Below are positions 35,100 through 47,399 of a stretch of 64,000 bases of DNA, in pieces. Under the pieces are notes generated by a model. It had not been told where the DNA came from. It made no database searches and worked only from the letters and a program-made list of their open reading frames with translations. A program made the translations under genes and the position numbers. This DNA comes from Raillietiella orientalis (taxonomy: Eukaryota). Position 1 is the first letter of the stretch; each line of letters opens with the position of its first letter. The stretch covers positions 2,294,001 to 2,358,000 of the forward strand of contig JAYWIR010000017.1 of the NCBI GenBank assembly GCA_036172245.1, given 5' to 3'.

Positions 35100-38000
35100 G
35101 GATTCCTCTGAGTACAGCCACTGAGCTCAGGAGAAACTCTTAAGGGATGGCACATCGGGGTTCCTAGGGATTTCATTGAGCGAGTGACGTGGGTTTCAGC
35201 ACGTTCTTCGGAGCTTCGAATCTTCGAGAAATTCCTCTGGAAGGAGAAGAGATCCCTGCGGTTTACGGAAACAGGCCCACAGCTCTCCTGAACTGGCTGC
35301 GATCGGCAATGGTGTTTCTGGACTGGGCTCCTCGGTGCAACGTCCTCGGACACCACTGCACCAGAGGGTGTGTATGGCGCTGAACCGTGTCAGATGCGGT
35401 GAAGCCGAATCCTTCTTGCACCTGTTGTTCGTGTTGTCCTCCGGTACGTGGTCGGTGAACGTTTTGGCAAGGGCTCTCTGACCATCGGCGAACGATCCGA
35501 GGTATGACAGGAGCTTCTTTGTGCGGAATGCGGTGTCGACTGTCGCAGATCTCTGCTGCTTCCGCGGAATGGTCGCGGCATGAAACTAAGTCCCAAAGAA
35601 TCAGAATGATAGGGATCGTTACTTAGAGATCATCGACATCGTTAATTAGAGATAGGAACGGTATGGTAGCACCTGAGGAGACCTGTAGGAAATGTTTCCA
35701 GGAAACCGAAAACAGACTGGGTTTTTTTATATATATATTTAATTTTTATTTTTTTCAACTGCTTCCAGCTTTGCCGAAGCGAATCTGTCTGAGTGGTCTT
35801 CTGGGCAGTAATGAATGTAGTGGGATTTATGGATGAGGGACCTTTTTCCCTTTTATTTGTGAGCATTCTTCTGCAACAGACTTCCCGGTGTAAGCGAAGT
35901 TTCGTATTCTCAAAGAGAGGCTTCAGGGGGAACAAAAGAGAAAAGCTAACATACAAAATAACATGTAAAAGAATGGTTGATGAAGTCCACCAGCTTCTTT
36001 TTCGAGGAAAGGTCTGTTCAATGCCTCAGAACTCCGTAGGTCTTCTGGTCTTGCCTCCAAATCACTATACGGGCAAGAAGTTCGGAACCAACTTGAAAGC
36101 GACAACCCCTTATTTCCCTCCCCCCGTCCCCCCCAGAAAAAACTGCTGAAGGAACAGTAACAAAAAGAACAGCCAAGGAAACGGGCAACGATGGTGATAA
36201 AGATCACTTCTTTAGCTTATTTGGATGAAGTGTAGATCCCCAAAGTGTCTAACTGCGGGATCATCGCAAGCAAGTCGATTGGCAGGTAGTGGTGCCGGCG
36301 TCACAGAGTTCGAGTTTGTGAACGAAAGCTATCATTGCGATGATTCCTCAAGAATTTGTTGGCGAAGACGGAATTGGTCGATGAACTTGATCAAAAAAAT
36401 CAATTCCAGAATTCTCCATGACAGGAAAAAGCCAAAAAAAATAAAAATAAAAATCAGCAGGAATACGCGTTGAGTGCCATGCCAGCGAATCAACCCGCCA
36501 GTCAGCACGAAGACATCTCAAAAAAAGAGATGGTCGAGAAGCAGAGAAACCCACTCGTTATAGAGATGCATTTCTCCCGCGTTCCCACGCAAAATCCTGC
36601 GTCAGGAGCAAATTCACATCGTCACATCCTCAAGCGTTCACTGTGGTAGATTACAGCTCCGAAGAGGTTTCATCATCATCTCCGCTGTTTCATCAGCAAT
36701 CCTTCCATTCTTCCAGATGCGTGACGAAAACACGGACGAAAGTTGAATAGCTCCGGGTGAAGAAGGGCAGAGCATGTTAACAGAAGACGAACTTAGCAGC
36801 AGTCAAGGAACCCGTTTCGTGTGGATGGCACTTCGAACCGTCGAAGAATTTCTCGGGCAATCCCGACCCAGGTCTTGTCGTCACATCAATTCGAATCAGG
36901 GCCCCGATGCTTTCTCCGAGAGGGTTGAGAACTGGCCCACTGGAAGCGACCCCCCTCCTGGATCGCCTCTCCTTCGAAGACACTAACAGGCTCTCGAAAA
37001 AATTTCCATCGGGCCGTCTGTCCGCACCACAGTCGTGCAGAAAACCATAACGAAAGAAGGGACCTCGGATTTTATAGCTTGGACAACTGGAAGCAGGAAT
37101 CAAATCAACGAATTCCTAGATGAAAAAGAAAAAAAAAATCATGCAAAATGCATCGTGTGGTCCATTCAGAGATTGTTAAAGATAAATTCAGGTCAAGAAA
37201 TGAACGTTTTTCAATGACTCAGACAAGGTACCACAAGGTGGACAACTGGACTGAAGTTTTCCGACCAAAGTTTTCCGTATCTCACAATGAGAGCATGAAA
37301 CAAAAAGATCACGTGTGGAAGCTGCATCGGGAGAAGCGCTTCCGAATCTTGGAACTCGAATCTTTTTCGAATCTGCTTCTTCTCCTCGATGCTTCGGGAG
37401 AAGAAAAAATCGCTTCCATTTTCTGCAGCCAGGTTTTCAGTTGTTTTTCTTTTTCCTCCTTGCAGACCAAAATCCTCTCCCTACTTTTCCCTATGTATTA
37501 AGATGTGAGGCTGAGATCGGCCAGCCAGCACGGCTGGGATCGGAATTTCCCGAGATAAAATTCCTCAGGCAATTCCTAATGATTGTTGGACGTGAGTTTC
37601 GGAATGCTGTCGGAGCTGAAATGCCCTGAATTTTTCAGTTCACCGAAGAACAGCTTCGAATGCTTGAGGCTTCGTGTTCCACGATCTTCGGTATCTCCTC
37701 CACCCTTCACCAAGGGTGGAGGGGATGCCGGAAACCTGCGGCCGACGTGGACAGCAGCTAAAAGCGTAAGCCAGCTAGCGAAGTCCCTCCATTCAGAGCA
37801 GAGCGGAGGGATGTAGATTATCATCCGGGTGCCTCGGGGCGTTTGTTTCATCTAAAAATAAACATCCATAATCTCTGTGGCTGGACTGGTGACAGAACAA
37901 ACCTGCCGCGTTACCGGTATGCAGACCGGCGGGGTCCGCCAAGGCAGCAGAGGGGAAGGGACAAAACAAAAAGAAAAAAAAGGAACAAAAACAAAAATGA

Positions 38001-39650
38001 ATAAATAAACTTTGGGGTGGGCGCGGGAAGGGATCACGTCCTCCTGGGGGAGGTCCTCTGCACCTTTTCGAGGATGCCGGGAAGTTCACTTTGCATATTT
38101 TTCAGGTGGGCCATCCTCATGAAGCGGACGACAAAGTAGATGGCATCTCTGTCACTGTGCCCTCCTCTTGAGTGGCTCCAGGCCGCTACGAGCCTGCAGG
38201 CAGCAGATGGCTGCTAGCGAGGCGGCGGGCCGAAGGGCGTTGCGTAGGAGGAGGGGTCTTGAAAAGTCCCTAGAGTTGCCGCCGGGGGCTCCTAGGGTCG
38301 CGGCAATGCCTTCACAGAGAGGCCGGAGGGCAATTCGATCCACAAGCAGGTGAGAAAAAATTCACGCTCTTTGCACCTGCCACAGTTCGGGTTTATCCTT
38401 CTTTCCTCGTGTCCAGTGATGCCGGTGGACGTTGCACGGGAAACCCCAGTGCAGCATCAGCAGCCGCGCCAACTGCTGCAACTTTAATGGGAGGGTACGT
38501 CTTGTCCAAAAGCACTGGGGACCACTGCAGGTCTTACTCTGGAATTCTCAGTAGCTCTCCCCAGCGCAAAAGCCCTCGAGGTGGGGCACTCGGGGTCGCA
38601 GCGTCTGTGAGCTGGCGCGTCGTCTGGAATAGGAATCCCGAAGGTCGCAGTAGGCGCACCTATTTCAGCAATGCTTGGCAACAAGACCTCTCTTTCGATG
38701 CTGTCGAAGAGGAAACCCTGACCGCGATTCCCTGCTTCCATCTCAATGGAAAGGGGGGAACGCTCTTTGTGTTCGGTCGTTTCGAAACCACGCGCGGCGA
38801 TCCCCCAGAGCGGTCCGACGGTTCCTCAAATGCAGGTCTTGGACGTCCACCCATCTGGAATAATCCAAATGAACGGGGGAACGAGAGAAAATCCAGCTCC
38901 GTTGATTTATGAGGCTGGAGGAGACGGTCACAGGTCGGCTGCTCCGTGCTTCGAGGCCTCGGTGGTGCGGTTTTCATGAGCTGCAGCTGGGTGCTCCAAA
39001 GACTTTGGAGCCGCGAGCTGCGCTCTGGTCGGAAAATCGTTCCCTTCCTTAAAGGTCTACAGGACGGACCCAGAAGCGCCCGACTGTTCGGTGGGCGCTC
39101 AGCCGCCTTCTGAGCAGCCTACCACGCACGCACAGTGTGGGAACCGTCCCGTTTATATACAGAGCAAGCCGAAATCCCTCCCAGAATGCTTTCCGCTACG
39201 GCTGAAGAGCTACTGGGAGCCTGATGATGATATGGGAATCAGGAATGCTTACGTCAAGGCGGCAACGAGGATTCTCATCCCTCGGTGGTGACTGAAATAC
39301 AAGCGTCCTTTCGTGACATTTCGCGTACTCTTGCAGCCGATCGTTGCGTCCGCTCGTGAGCGCCCCGGGAGCATGAGAAGGAGGTTGCAAGATCGGAGAG
39401 GGGAAAATGACGAAAAGTATGTATGTATGTGTGTGTGAGTGTGTGTGTGGAAGAGGAGGGGGGAGGGGAGAACTCCAAGGGTGTTTCGGAGCACTCCGGG
39501 AAGTTTTCTCGCATGGCCTTCTCGCTCCAGTGGGAGTGCGGTCCTTTATCTCAAGAGCGTGCGGGCATGAGGGCTTACGTGAGAGGAATGAGAGAGCATG
39601 TTTGACAGGTTGACTACAGGAAGACACCCATCTTATTAGTGCACCAACAT
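35100..39650 (-). mobile_element. Degenerate AP-endonuclease LINE relic
   Basis: Minus strand: 'GRDFGLLCINGTVPT' (~L..LN.G.PT, EN, ~39150) and 'FYLG' followed by a D...W-like segment (RT C-terminal, ~37550). The remainder is only loosely recognisable and boundaries are uncertain. Confidence 0.45.
39427..39448. repeat. (GT)n microsatellite, imperfect
   Basis: Direct reading. Confidence 0.9.
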
Positions 39651-40549
39651 TTTATGATACACCGGTCTGCATCGACCACAGAAATAGAATGCACGGTAGC
39701 ACCCATCCAACATGCACATCCCGATGTCCTGCCTCAGCTGAGATCTTCTAGGAGCTCTCGCATCTCAAGGAAAGGCAAGAGATTCCTTCTTTCCGCTAGT
39801 TCGTGTGTTCGCACTTGGTAAGAGGATCGTCTGCATCCGTCGCATTCCAACCACTCGGAAAGGTGGAACACCCACTTTGCATTGCGTCTTGCGCGATGGT
39901 CTGAAAGTGGGTGATCTGCTGTCCCATATCTCTCCTAGATCTAGACAATCCTAAATCTCTTGTGGACTTCTCTCCCTTATCCGTTCGCCTTCGTCTTTCT
40001 GCATCCAGCAAATTCTTCTACTAATTAGGAATCAAAGAAGAGGCATACCGCGACGGTCGGCGGGTGAGCTGGAAACGCACTGAGAAGCGACAGAAGGCGA
40101 AGAGCACGTTGCGGTGGCTCCTAAGCCACAGAGAGGCTCCAATGAAATTCCATCTCCAAACGCTCGTGGTAGGATTGGCTCACTTCAGGCGCGCGTCTCG
40201 AAATTTCGGGAACGGAAACTCCGATTGACGCTGGAGCTCATGGCTGTTGAGAATGTATATAATGTTGATAAATATATGATACAATGGGAATCATTAGGGA
40301 ATGAAATAAAAAGGTTTCGTTTCGTGAATATTATTACAAAAAATAATGGATGATAATTCGGTTTATGATTTCCCTTCGATTTCTCGGTTCTGGCTCGTGA
40401 TTTTCAGGTATTCCTGTTTGAGGATGTTTGGATTCACAACTCCCCCCCCCCCTTTTTTTTCCCATCTGTATCACGCGTAGTCAACGAATTCCTTGTCTCT
40501 CTATTTTGCTTTGTCTTTCAAACTGATTGGTTGCTTCCGATATCCACAA

Positions 40550-41360
40550 ACATTTCTGGATCGAAGCAGAAATTTCTTTTTTCTCTAAAAGTGTGCCTAG
40601 GATCTAGGATGGTTCATTCGGTAAGCCGTAGGTCATCCACCCATTCTGAAAAATCGCATAGAGCCTCCATTCTCTAATCACAGGGAACCCAATATCCTTC
40701 AAGGATGCAGAAAGACAAATGCCCATACGAGACGCTTGGAATTAATCGAGTCCACAAGGCATGAGATAAGAAAGACATCACTGGAGACGTAACCATGGCA
40801 GCTGTGGCTAGAAAACCTTAGTTACAGAAGGAACAACCTTAGAGACCCCGAATCAACTGGATGCCTTCGCCATCCTAAACGCATTTGTACCACAGGAATC
40901 TCTTCGTGGACGAACTCTGAAAGATAGATTCCATCAAGGGATGCACTTGCTGTATCCAATGTCCATCTTCAATCCCCTCATGAACTATTCAAAGCTTCAA
41001 GATCTCTGAGATGAATGAATCCGAAAAAAATTCAGAGTTTCACTTCTGAGAACTTTTTGTCAATCTTGAGGTACAAAGAAGGAATCCATCTGACGAAAGA
41101 ACTCATAGAAAGACAGTTACACAGGCTACTCTAAAAATACTCCACAATTCTGTCCTTGGCAAAGCAACTCGATGAGCCACCTTTCTTCGGATACCACTTG
41201 CAATCCAAATCCCATGACAGTCGGGCTGATCTGTGCAGTATTGCCAGTGTCAGAAATGATTCGTTGAATCGGCTGACCGGAATTTCTGGAAGATTCTGGA
41301 TGCAAATCATTCAATTACCAGAACGAGTACGTCTTTGGACTGGCATGTACCAACTCTGAC
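40550..41360 (+). pseudogene. RLE-clade (R2/NeSL/Utopia-like) LINE RT fragment
   Basis: 'QKDKCPYE' (~QKGF.P.DG), 'FAILNAFVP' (~D..NAFGSVP), catcaagggatgc (~QG.), 'PFFGYHL' (~Y.FLG.P), all in the expected order. Confidence 0.5.
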
Positions 41361-41721
41361 ACTTCCCGCTGCCGATCAAAATCCCGAAAGATCATAAGAA
41401 ACAAACGTACGTGGTTATTCTGAATAGATTAATAAACAGATATTTAGAATAAATTTGTTTGCCTTTTTTATTTTTTTCCATTATTGTCGTCACAATTATT
41501 TTTCATTTTTTGAAATTGAATATTTGTATTTGCATTTCACATACATAAAAGTATATATTATAAAAAACGCATACAATCATACATCATGGATACATATGTT
41601 ATTATATGCGTGAATATATATAATAATCGTGTATGCTTATTTCTTATAACCTTTAATATGCATATATATCAAGATTTATTAAGATACATTCCATCAATAT
41701 AATTTTCACATTTATTAATAG

Positions 41722-41828
41722 AATTAATAAATTGTTGATTACATCTACAATATAATTATATTGTTGATTATCTCAGCGACATAATTATATTGTTGATTAT
41801 GACAACGATATTATTATATTGCTGATGT
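41722..41828. repeat. 29-bp period minisatellite within AT-rich island (41400-42000)
   Basis: Core ataattatattgttgatta recurs at 29-bp spacing with variable 10-bp intervals. Confidence 0.9.
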
Positions 41829-41999
41829 AAAATTCTATTAATAAATTCAAAGTTACATTAATAAAATGTATGTTGGTAAATCTTAATAAATATATATGCC
41901 CAAATGGTATTACCCTGAATAACACAGCTGTTAAGAGATAATAATGACTGCATATGCCAAAATACGTTTGTATATCAATCTACGTAGACTAGGCATATG

Positions 42000-44900
42000 T
42001 GTTTATTCCTCATGATCTTTCAGGATTTTGATGGTTCGAGATTTTGCACCGGACCGGTTTCTTCTCGGTGGACCAAACGTTGAGCTCAGTGAGCGCTCAG
42101 CTTTCGCCGGGAAAAAAAAAAACTTCAAAATGCGATTCGATCGCCGTGATCCCATCTCGATCTTATCACGAGATCTTGTTTTTTCTGCAAAGCTGTGTTT
42201 TCCTCGTGCCTCTTTCTTTCTTTCCTTCTTTCGCATGTTCATCAAGCAGGGGGCGAAAAGACTGGAAAGATGTATTTGCCGAGTGCCAACGCGGCGGTCC
42301 ACACGGGGAACTGACCCCTTTCGCCTCTTCCGAAATCTTCGAATTTCCCGTTCATCCGTGCTTGGTGACAAAAACTGATGGCTCGCTGCATCGAGGAGTG
42401 ATCTCGACGCATGGACAGCATCACGTCGATTTCCGTTGGCGGGGAGACCTTCCCTGTTCCTAGAGGTCCCCGCGCGCCGTCAGCATTTCAAAGGAGTCTC
42501 ACGTAAAAGGATTGTGAAATGCATTTCCTTTTTACGTCGCACCCGTGTTGACTCCTTCACTCGTCTTCCTCCTGCCTGCTCATTCTCGCTAAAGCAATTA
42601 ACCGGATCTGTTACACGGAACCCCGGACGTTTCTTTCCGCTGCTTTTGTTTCTCGTCTTGTTTTCTTCCCATCCCGAATCTCAAGATCAAAACATCCGCG
42701 TGCATCACTGGCGTTTTCCTCTCCACATCCTTCAGACACAGCGCCAACAAGGGCACGGAGGGAGGCTCACCACGACGCGGCCTGGAATCCACAGGCGGAG
42801 GAATGAAACCACACGCATTCTCTTCTGATGATGAACGCTCTCGGGATGCGAGATTCCGTTCCCGTAACCGAGATTCCTTCGCTCCGTGCGCGTTCGTTTC
42901 CAGGTTGACGGTCCAACCACTCTTCTGCAAGTGCCCTGCCTGGCAGGGGCTTTCACCGCAGCCCTCGCTTTCGCGATTGCGCCACACCGCCCGACCACCG
43001 AAAGCTCCAATTCCGTCGTTCCCATAAAAGGTCACCGTTAGGAAACTCTTAGGTGTTCCGTCCGTATGGCCACAGAACCTTCGAGAAAATAAACCTGAAT
43101 GACGGTGATTTTCAAGGTTCGAACGAGTGTACCCTTGGAAACGCGGAGGGATTATGCATCCGTCGGCGGGTCACCGAAGGCAGGGTACGCGAAGCCTCCC
43201 TTGCTCCGCAGAACCGGTCGATTAGGGGTGAGTGTCGTAGCGCATTCGGTACTTATACAAACGTACCAACCTGTTTGTGATAAGGCTAGAATGGGCCGCA
43301 AAGGGTGATCGGGAGAGGCAAAATTGTCGGGCTGCACGCGAGTATTCACTACCAATCCTGCAGGAATAGAGAGCACAGCTGAAGACGCGAACGAAATCCA
43401 TGTTTTCGCCCGGTCACGCCAGGGGCGCCTGTTGTCACAAATGCAAATTTCAACAAAGAGCCATTCAAGAAGGTGAGTGGCGACAGTGCGATTTTCCACC
43501 ATTCTCGCATCTTCCGGAGGGGAGGCAGTCGCCGGAAGAAGTCTGCGCAAAGAGGGAAGGGAAATAAACGAAAAAAAATCAATAAATGCTAAACAAAAGG
43601 TACTAAAATGTTCCTGGTGGCCTCTGCATCCTCCCAAGGATGGCTCTGTATCATCTTCAGGAACGAGAGGACGAAGGAGATGGTGGTTTCTCTGTTGCTC
43701 CTGCATTCCTTGCCTGTGATTTTGTCGTCAGGCCTTCTGCCTGCCGCGATTCCGCGGAAGTTGCGATCGCCGTGGCAGGTGACATCCCTCCACGCGTGAA
43801 GAGGAAAGTAGTGGTCTCATGGAAAGTTCAGGGATGTGGTCAAACGTCGCCACATGCACCGGAGGGCAACACACTCGGAAAGCAGTTGCGGCAAGATTTC
43901 CCTTTGGCTACACCTGCCACAATCTAGGGCCGCACTTCCCCTGGTCCAGTAGTGGAGGGGGAACACGGTTCAGGGGACAGTCCAATGAGGCCGTCTCAGC
44001 ACCGAGTTCTGCCGATTGAGAAGAACCGTCCAAGAACACCGCGAAAGTTACCACTTCCTCCAATGGGATTCCAAGGAGATCGACCTAGAGAAGAAGTCCT
44101 TTGGAGAGGGCGGTGGGAGTAAAGCGTTAACCAGTTGAGTCGCCTTCCGGCATCCCAACTGCTTTTGTTTTCCTGCGATCTAGGAGTTTATTTCCCACCT
44201 TGCGAGCTGATGGCTTTCCTGACCATCCCGCACGGACGTCAGCGTCGTGGCAAAAGAGGTTTGTTCGACCCACAGGGTCTCCCTCGGGCAATCCATCATC
44301 TCCATCAGCGAGCAGCGAACGTAATCGGAGGATTGCAGACGTTACATCCTTTCCAGACTCGTGCCGCCGATTTTCGCCCACGTCTGAGATGCTTCCTGTT
44401 TCCAGGCGCCGAAGTTCGTCGGCAAGCAGGAGATCCAAGCGTGCTCCTGCGCAAAGGGAGCCATCCGCCGAAGCTAGTGGCCGCGTCGCGGCAGGCTCCG
44501 GTGGCTGCAAAGCGAGGAAAGAGGTGAGTCCTTCCGACCCGGCTGTCGGCACCAAAGAGTGCTCCGAAACCTCTACGCCACTGGCTGTTCTTCAGGATCG
44601 GAGCTGACGCTTCATCCTTTCCAGCGTGAGGACGTCAAGTCCGCCGTCCTGACGTCGGGACGAAATCTACGTGGCAGAACGGGAGGATTCCGGCAGCCAA
44701 AATTCTCTGGAGGCAAAGACGGGTTTTGCGTAGAGGAGACGAGGATGCGGCGCCGCTGATCTGCCGCAGCAAAACACTTCTTTCGAAGCACGGCTTCCCT
44801 GCAACACGCGCTTTCCACTCGTCTTCCACAAGGTAGTAATGGTCTACAGCCGCATGCGTGAAACCAGGAACGACTTTGCAGCGTAGAGAGTGGAGTGTTT
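42000..44900 (-). mobile_element. Degenerate AP-endonuclease LINE (EN + RT)
   Basis: Minus strand order: 'CHDADVRAGWSG...GNKLLD...EGDST' (EN), 'MVENRTVATHLLEW' (~LE..V..RL.W), gcgtttccaagggtac (~GVPQG, ~43135), 'TFYGNDGI' (~YADDI), 'GWTVNLET' (~GL.VN..KT). Confidence 0.65.
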
Positions 44901-46259
44901 TCTCTCCTCCACTGGGCGAAGAACAATAGGGAATCAAACTTTGGATGAGTCTCTTGAAGCATCTTTTGAAAGGAATAGGGAAAACGGAGAAACAAGGACA
45001 AAGTGCTTCTCAGTGCAGCTTGCGTGCTGCAGAGAAAGGGAACACATCAGCCTCGCCGTATGTAAAGATGGATGGAACATGAGCATCGTTCGTTCTCACG
45101 AACCTCTTTGCATTCCATTTCTCGGTTGCGTCTCCTGATTTTCAGATGTTTCTGTTTGAGGATGTTTGAACGCGCAAAATTTAAACTCCCATCCCACCTG
45201 CCACCCCCTTTCTTTTTTGGAATAATTTTTCAGCATGGTCACTTTCGTTTAAGAAACCGAGGTTTCGGATGCTGTGGGTTGATCCGTCTCCAGGGATGTG
45301 CTTTAACTTCATGCATGCGAAGCAGGGTTCGCTGTGAATGGGGGGCGGCGGCATGAATGGAAAAAATGGACACGTTCTCACGGTTCGCAGATGCGCGTTA
45401 GCTGAACATGGCTGGATGTTCCGCTCTGTTTTAGTTCCTCAAACGCCCGCTTCAAGGCAGTCAATGCAAAAGAAGGCTTCAAAAGTCCTCCGAATGGACC
45501 CTCTCCAGGTCGTTGTTATTGTGCCTCAGCAAGATTATAATGAGACTTTTTTTTTTTTTATCCATGTCCAGCCACTTTTTTAAAGTTTTAGGAGATGCTG
45601 CTCTTCGTCTGAGACAACTTTCCACTTCCAAAAGTCTGTTTCATCGTCTAGAGGGATCAATCTTGTTTCGTTCTTTTCTTCGGAAAAATCGTCGGGAAAC
45701 AGGAGTGCCTTCGAATCCTGAGAGATGGGATCGCCAGCTTTGGGCCACTATTTTGAGTTCTCAAGTCCAGATGACCCAGTGAACTTTTTTTTTTTTTAGA
45801 CATTTTCTTCGCCTCGATTTCACCTCTGGCGCACGCGCGCCCGGTTTTTTCTTCCCTCGCCATGCAAACGTACCGGGCATCCCTTGGCTTCCTCACCCGA
45901 TTCGATCACGTTCCTTGACTCTCGCAAGTGCATCCGAAAGGCAGACTTATTCTTTCGGCCATCATTCATTCCGGGCTAATCCGTCCGACACGGGATATTT
46001 CATTCCGAACCTGCTTCCTTCGAGAGCGGCTGAGCTTCCTTTCACCCGAAGAACACTGCAGTGGTCGCCATGGCAGACAATGCTGTGGTGTTTCGTTGTA
46101 TGATGCACTTCCATCTCGTCCGCGAAACCCTCCTTCTGTATCAGCTATCTAGAATTACACGGTAACATCTTTGGAAAGTGACCCAGGATCCCGACTTCAG
46201 CTCCTCCGGCAAGTTTTTTTCTTCTTCTCCTGAGTAATGAGCCCTTGGGGAAGCTGTGA

Positions 46260-46650
46260 CCCTAATCCTTGAGTTTCGCGTTTGTTGCGTGTCTTGTACT
46301 TTCATCCATGGTTATCATTACTTGCGCAATCTTCACAGAACTCCAACACCTAACCAAACTGTCACTAACGTCCGTCGATTCATCTACTCTTGTTGAATAT
46401 TTCCCGATTCCTGCAGTAGTTTTATCAACGAGGTTTCCATATTGTGACACTGTCACCTTCCTCTTTAATTGGGTCTCTATGATGTTCTTTCACAGCATCG
46501 GATAGAAGGCTGCAACCGACAACTCTTCAGCATAATAACAGGATCAGTGTTACGGTAATTTGTTTCACTGCGACTTGCAGAGGACTTTTAGGAGCTTTGC
46601 TGCAATTGCAACCTATTTCTTTTTTATTAGCGGTCTTTTTTTTTCTTTTT
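46260..46650 (-). pseudogene. hAT-superfamily (Buster/Charlie, GTF2IRD2/ZBED5-like) transposase fragment
   Basis: 'KYSTRVDESTDVSDSLVR' matches the diagnostic (F/Y)S..LDESTDVSD.AQL motif carrying the first catalytic Asp. Confidence 0.7.
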
Positions 46651-47399
46651 TCCTTTCCAAAGTCGAAGAATGATTCTTGGATGAATTGCCGCTTCGTTAA
46701 GAAGTCGCTATCTGCAAATTAGGCGCTAACATGAATAAATTTTGACAACAGCAGATCCTGAAACACACAAAAAAAGAAAATTCAGGCACTTTGTCTTTGT
46801 TTCATCGCTTATTGACTTAATGAGTCCCCAAAATATTAGGCTAGACTGGCGATCATAATTTATGGTAGTTACCACACGTTGAATAATAACCCACTATGAA
46901 TATGGACCATTCAGTGGATGCACGAGTCCAGCAACGGCATGCACAGTATACTGTGCTTACTGTCACTAATTCCATCCCGGTCCGATTTGTATGTTTTGGG
47001 GACACTAAAGCCTTTGCAACACACTCTTCCAAGGCACTAATCCAGATGGTAAATATCTTTGAAGTGCAAGGCAGAGGTGATCACGGAATCACGCGCTGCA
47101 AATGTGAAAATTCCAGCCACGGGGATCACAGTTTTTTCACACTGCAATATCTTTCATACAGTAGGGATGAGACAAAAGGAGCAAGAGAGACTGTTGGTCT
47201 TCTTAGATGGCAATCATTAGAATCCAGACTAATACGCTTTTGAGATCCTGTTGTGGAAGAGATGATGCAATAGGAAGCTCAGCATCTCAGCTGATAAGTG
47301 AGAACTTCCGACTAACCAGTCAGAGGAAGCAGAAGCAGCTATTTCTTAAAGAAAAAGTAGCAACCAAAGTCACTAGACTTTCGAGATAGGAGTGGGTTC

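Noticed and set aside
41722..41828. CRISPR array
   Set aside because: Repeat (19 bp) and intervals (10 bp) are too short, the intervals are related, the context is eukaryotic and no cas genes are present.
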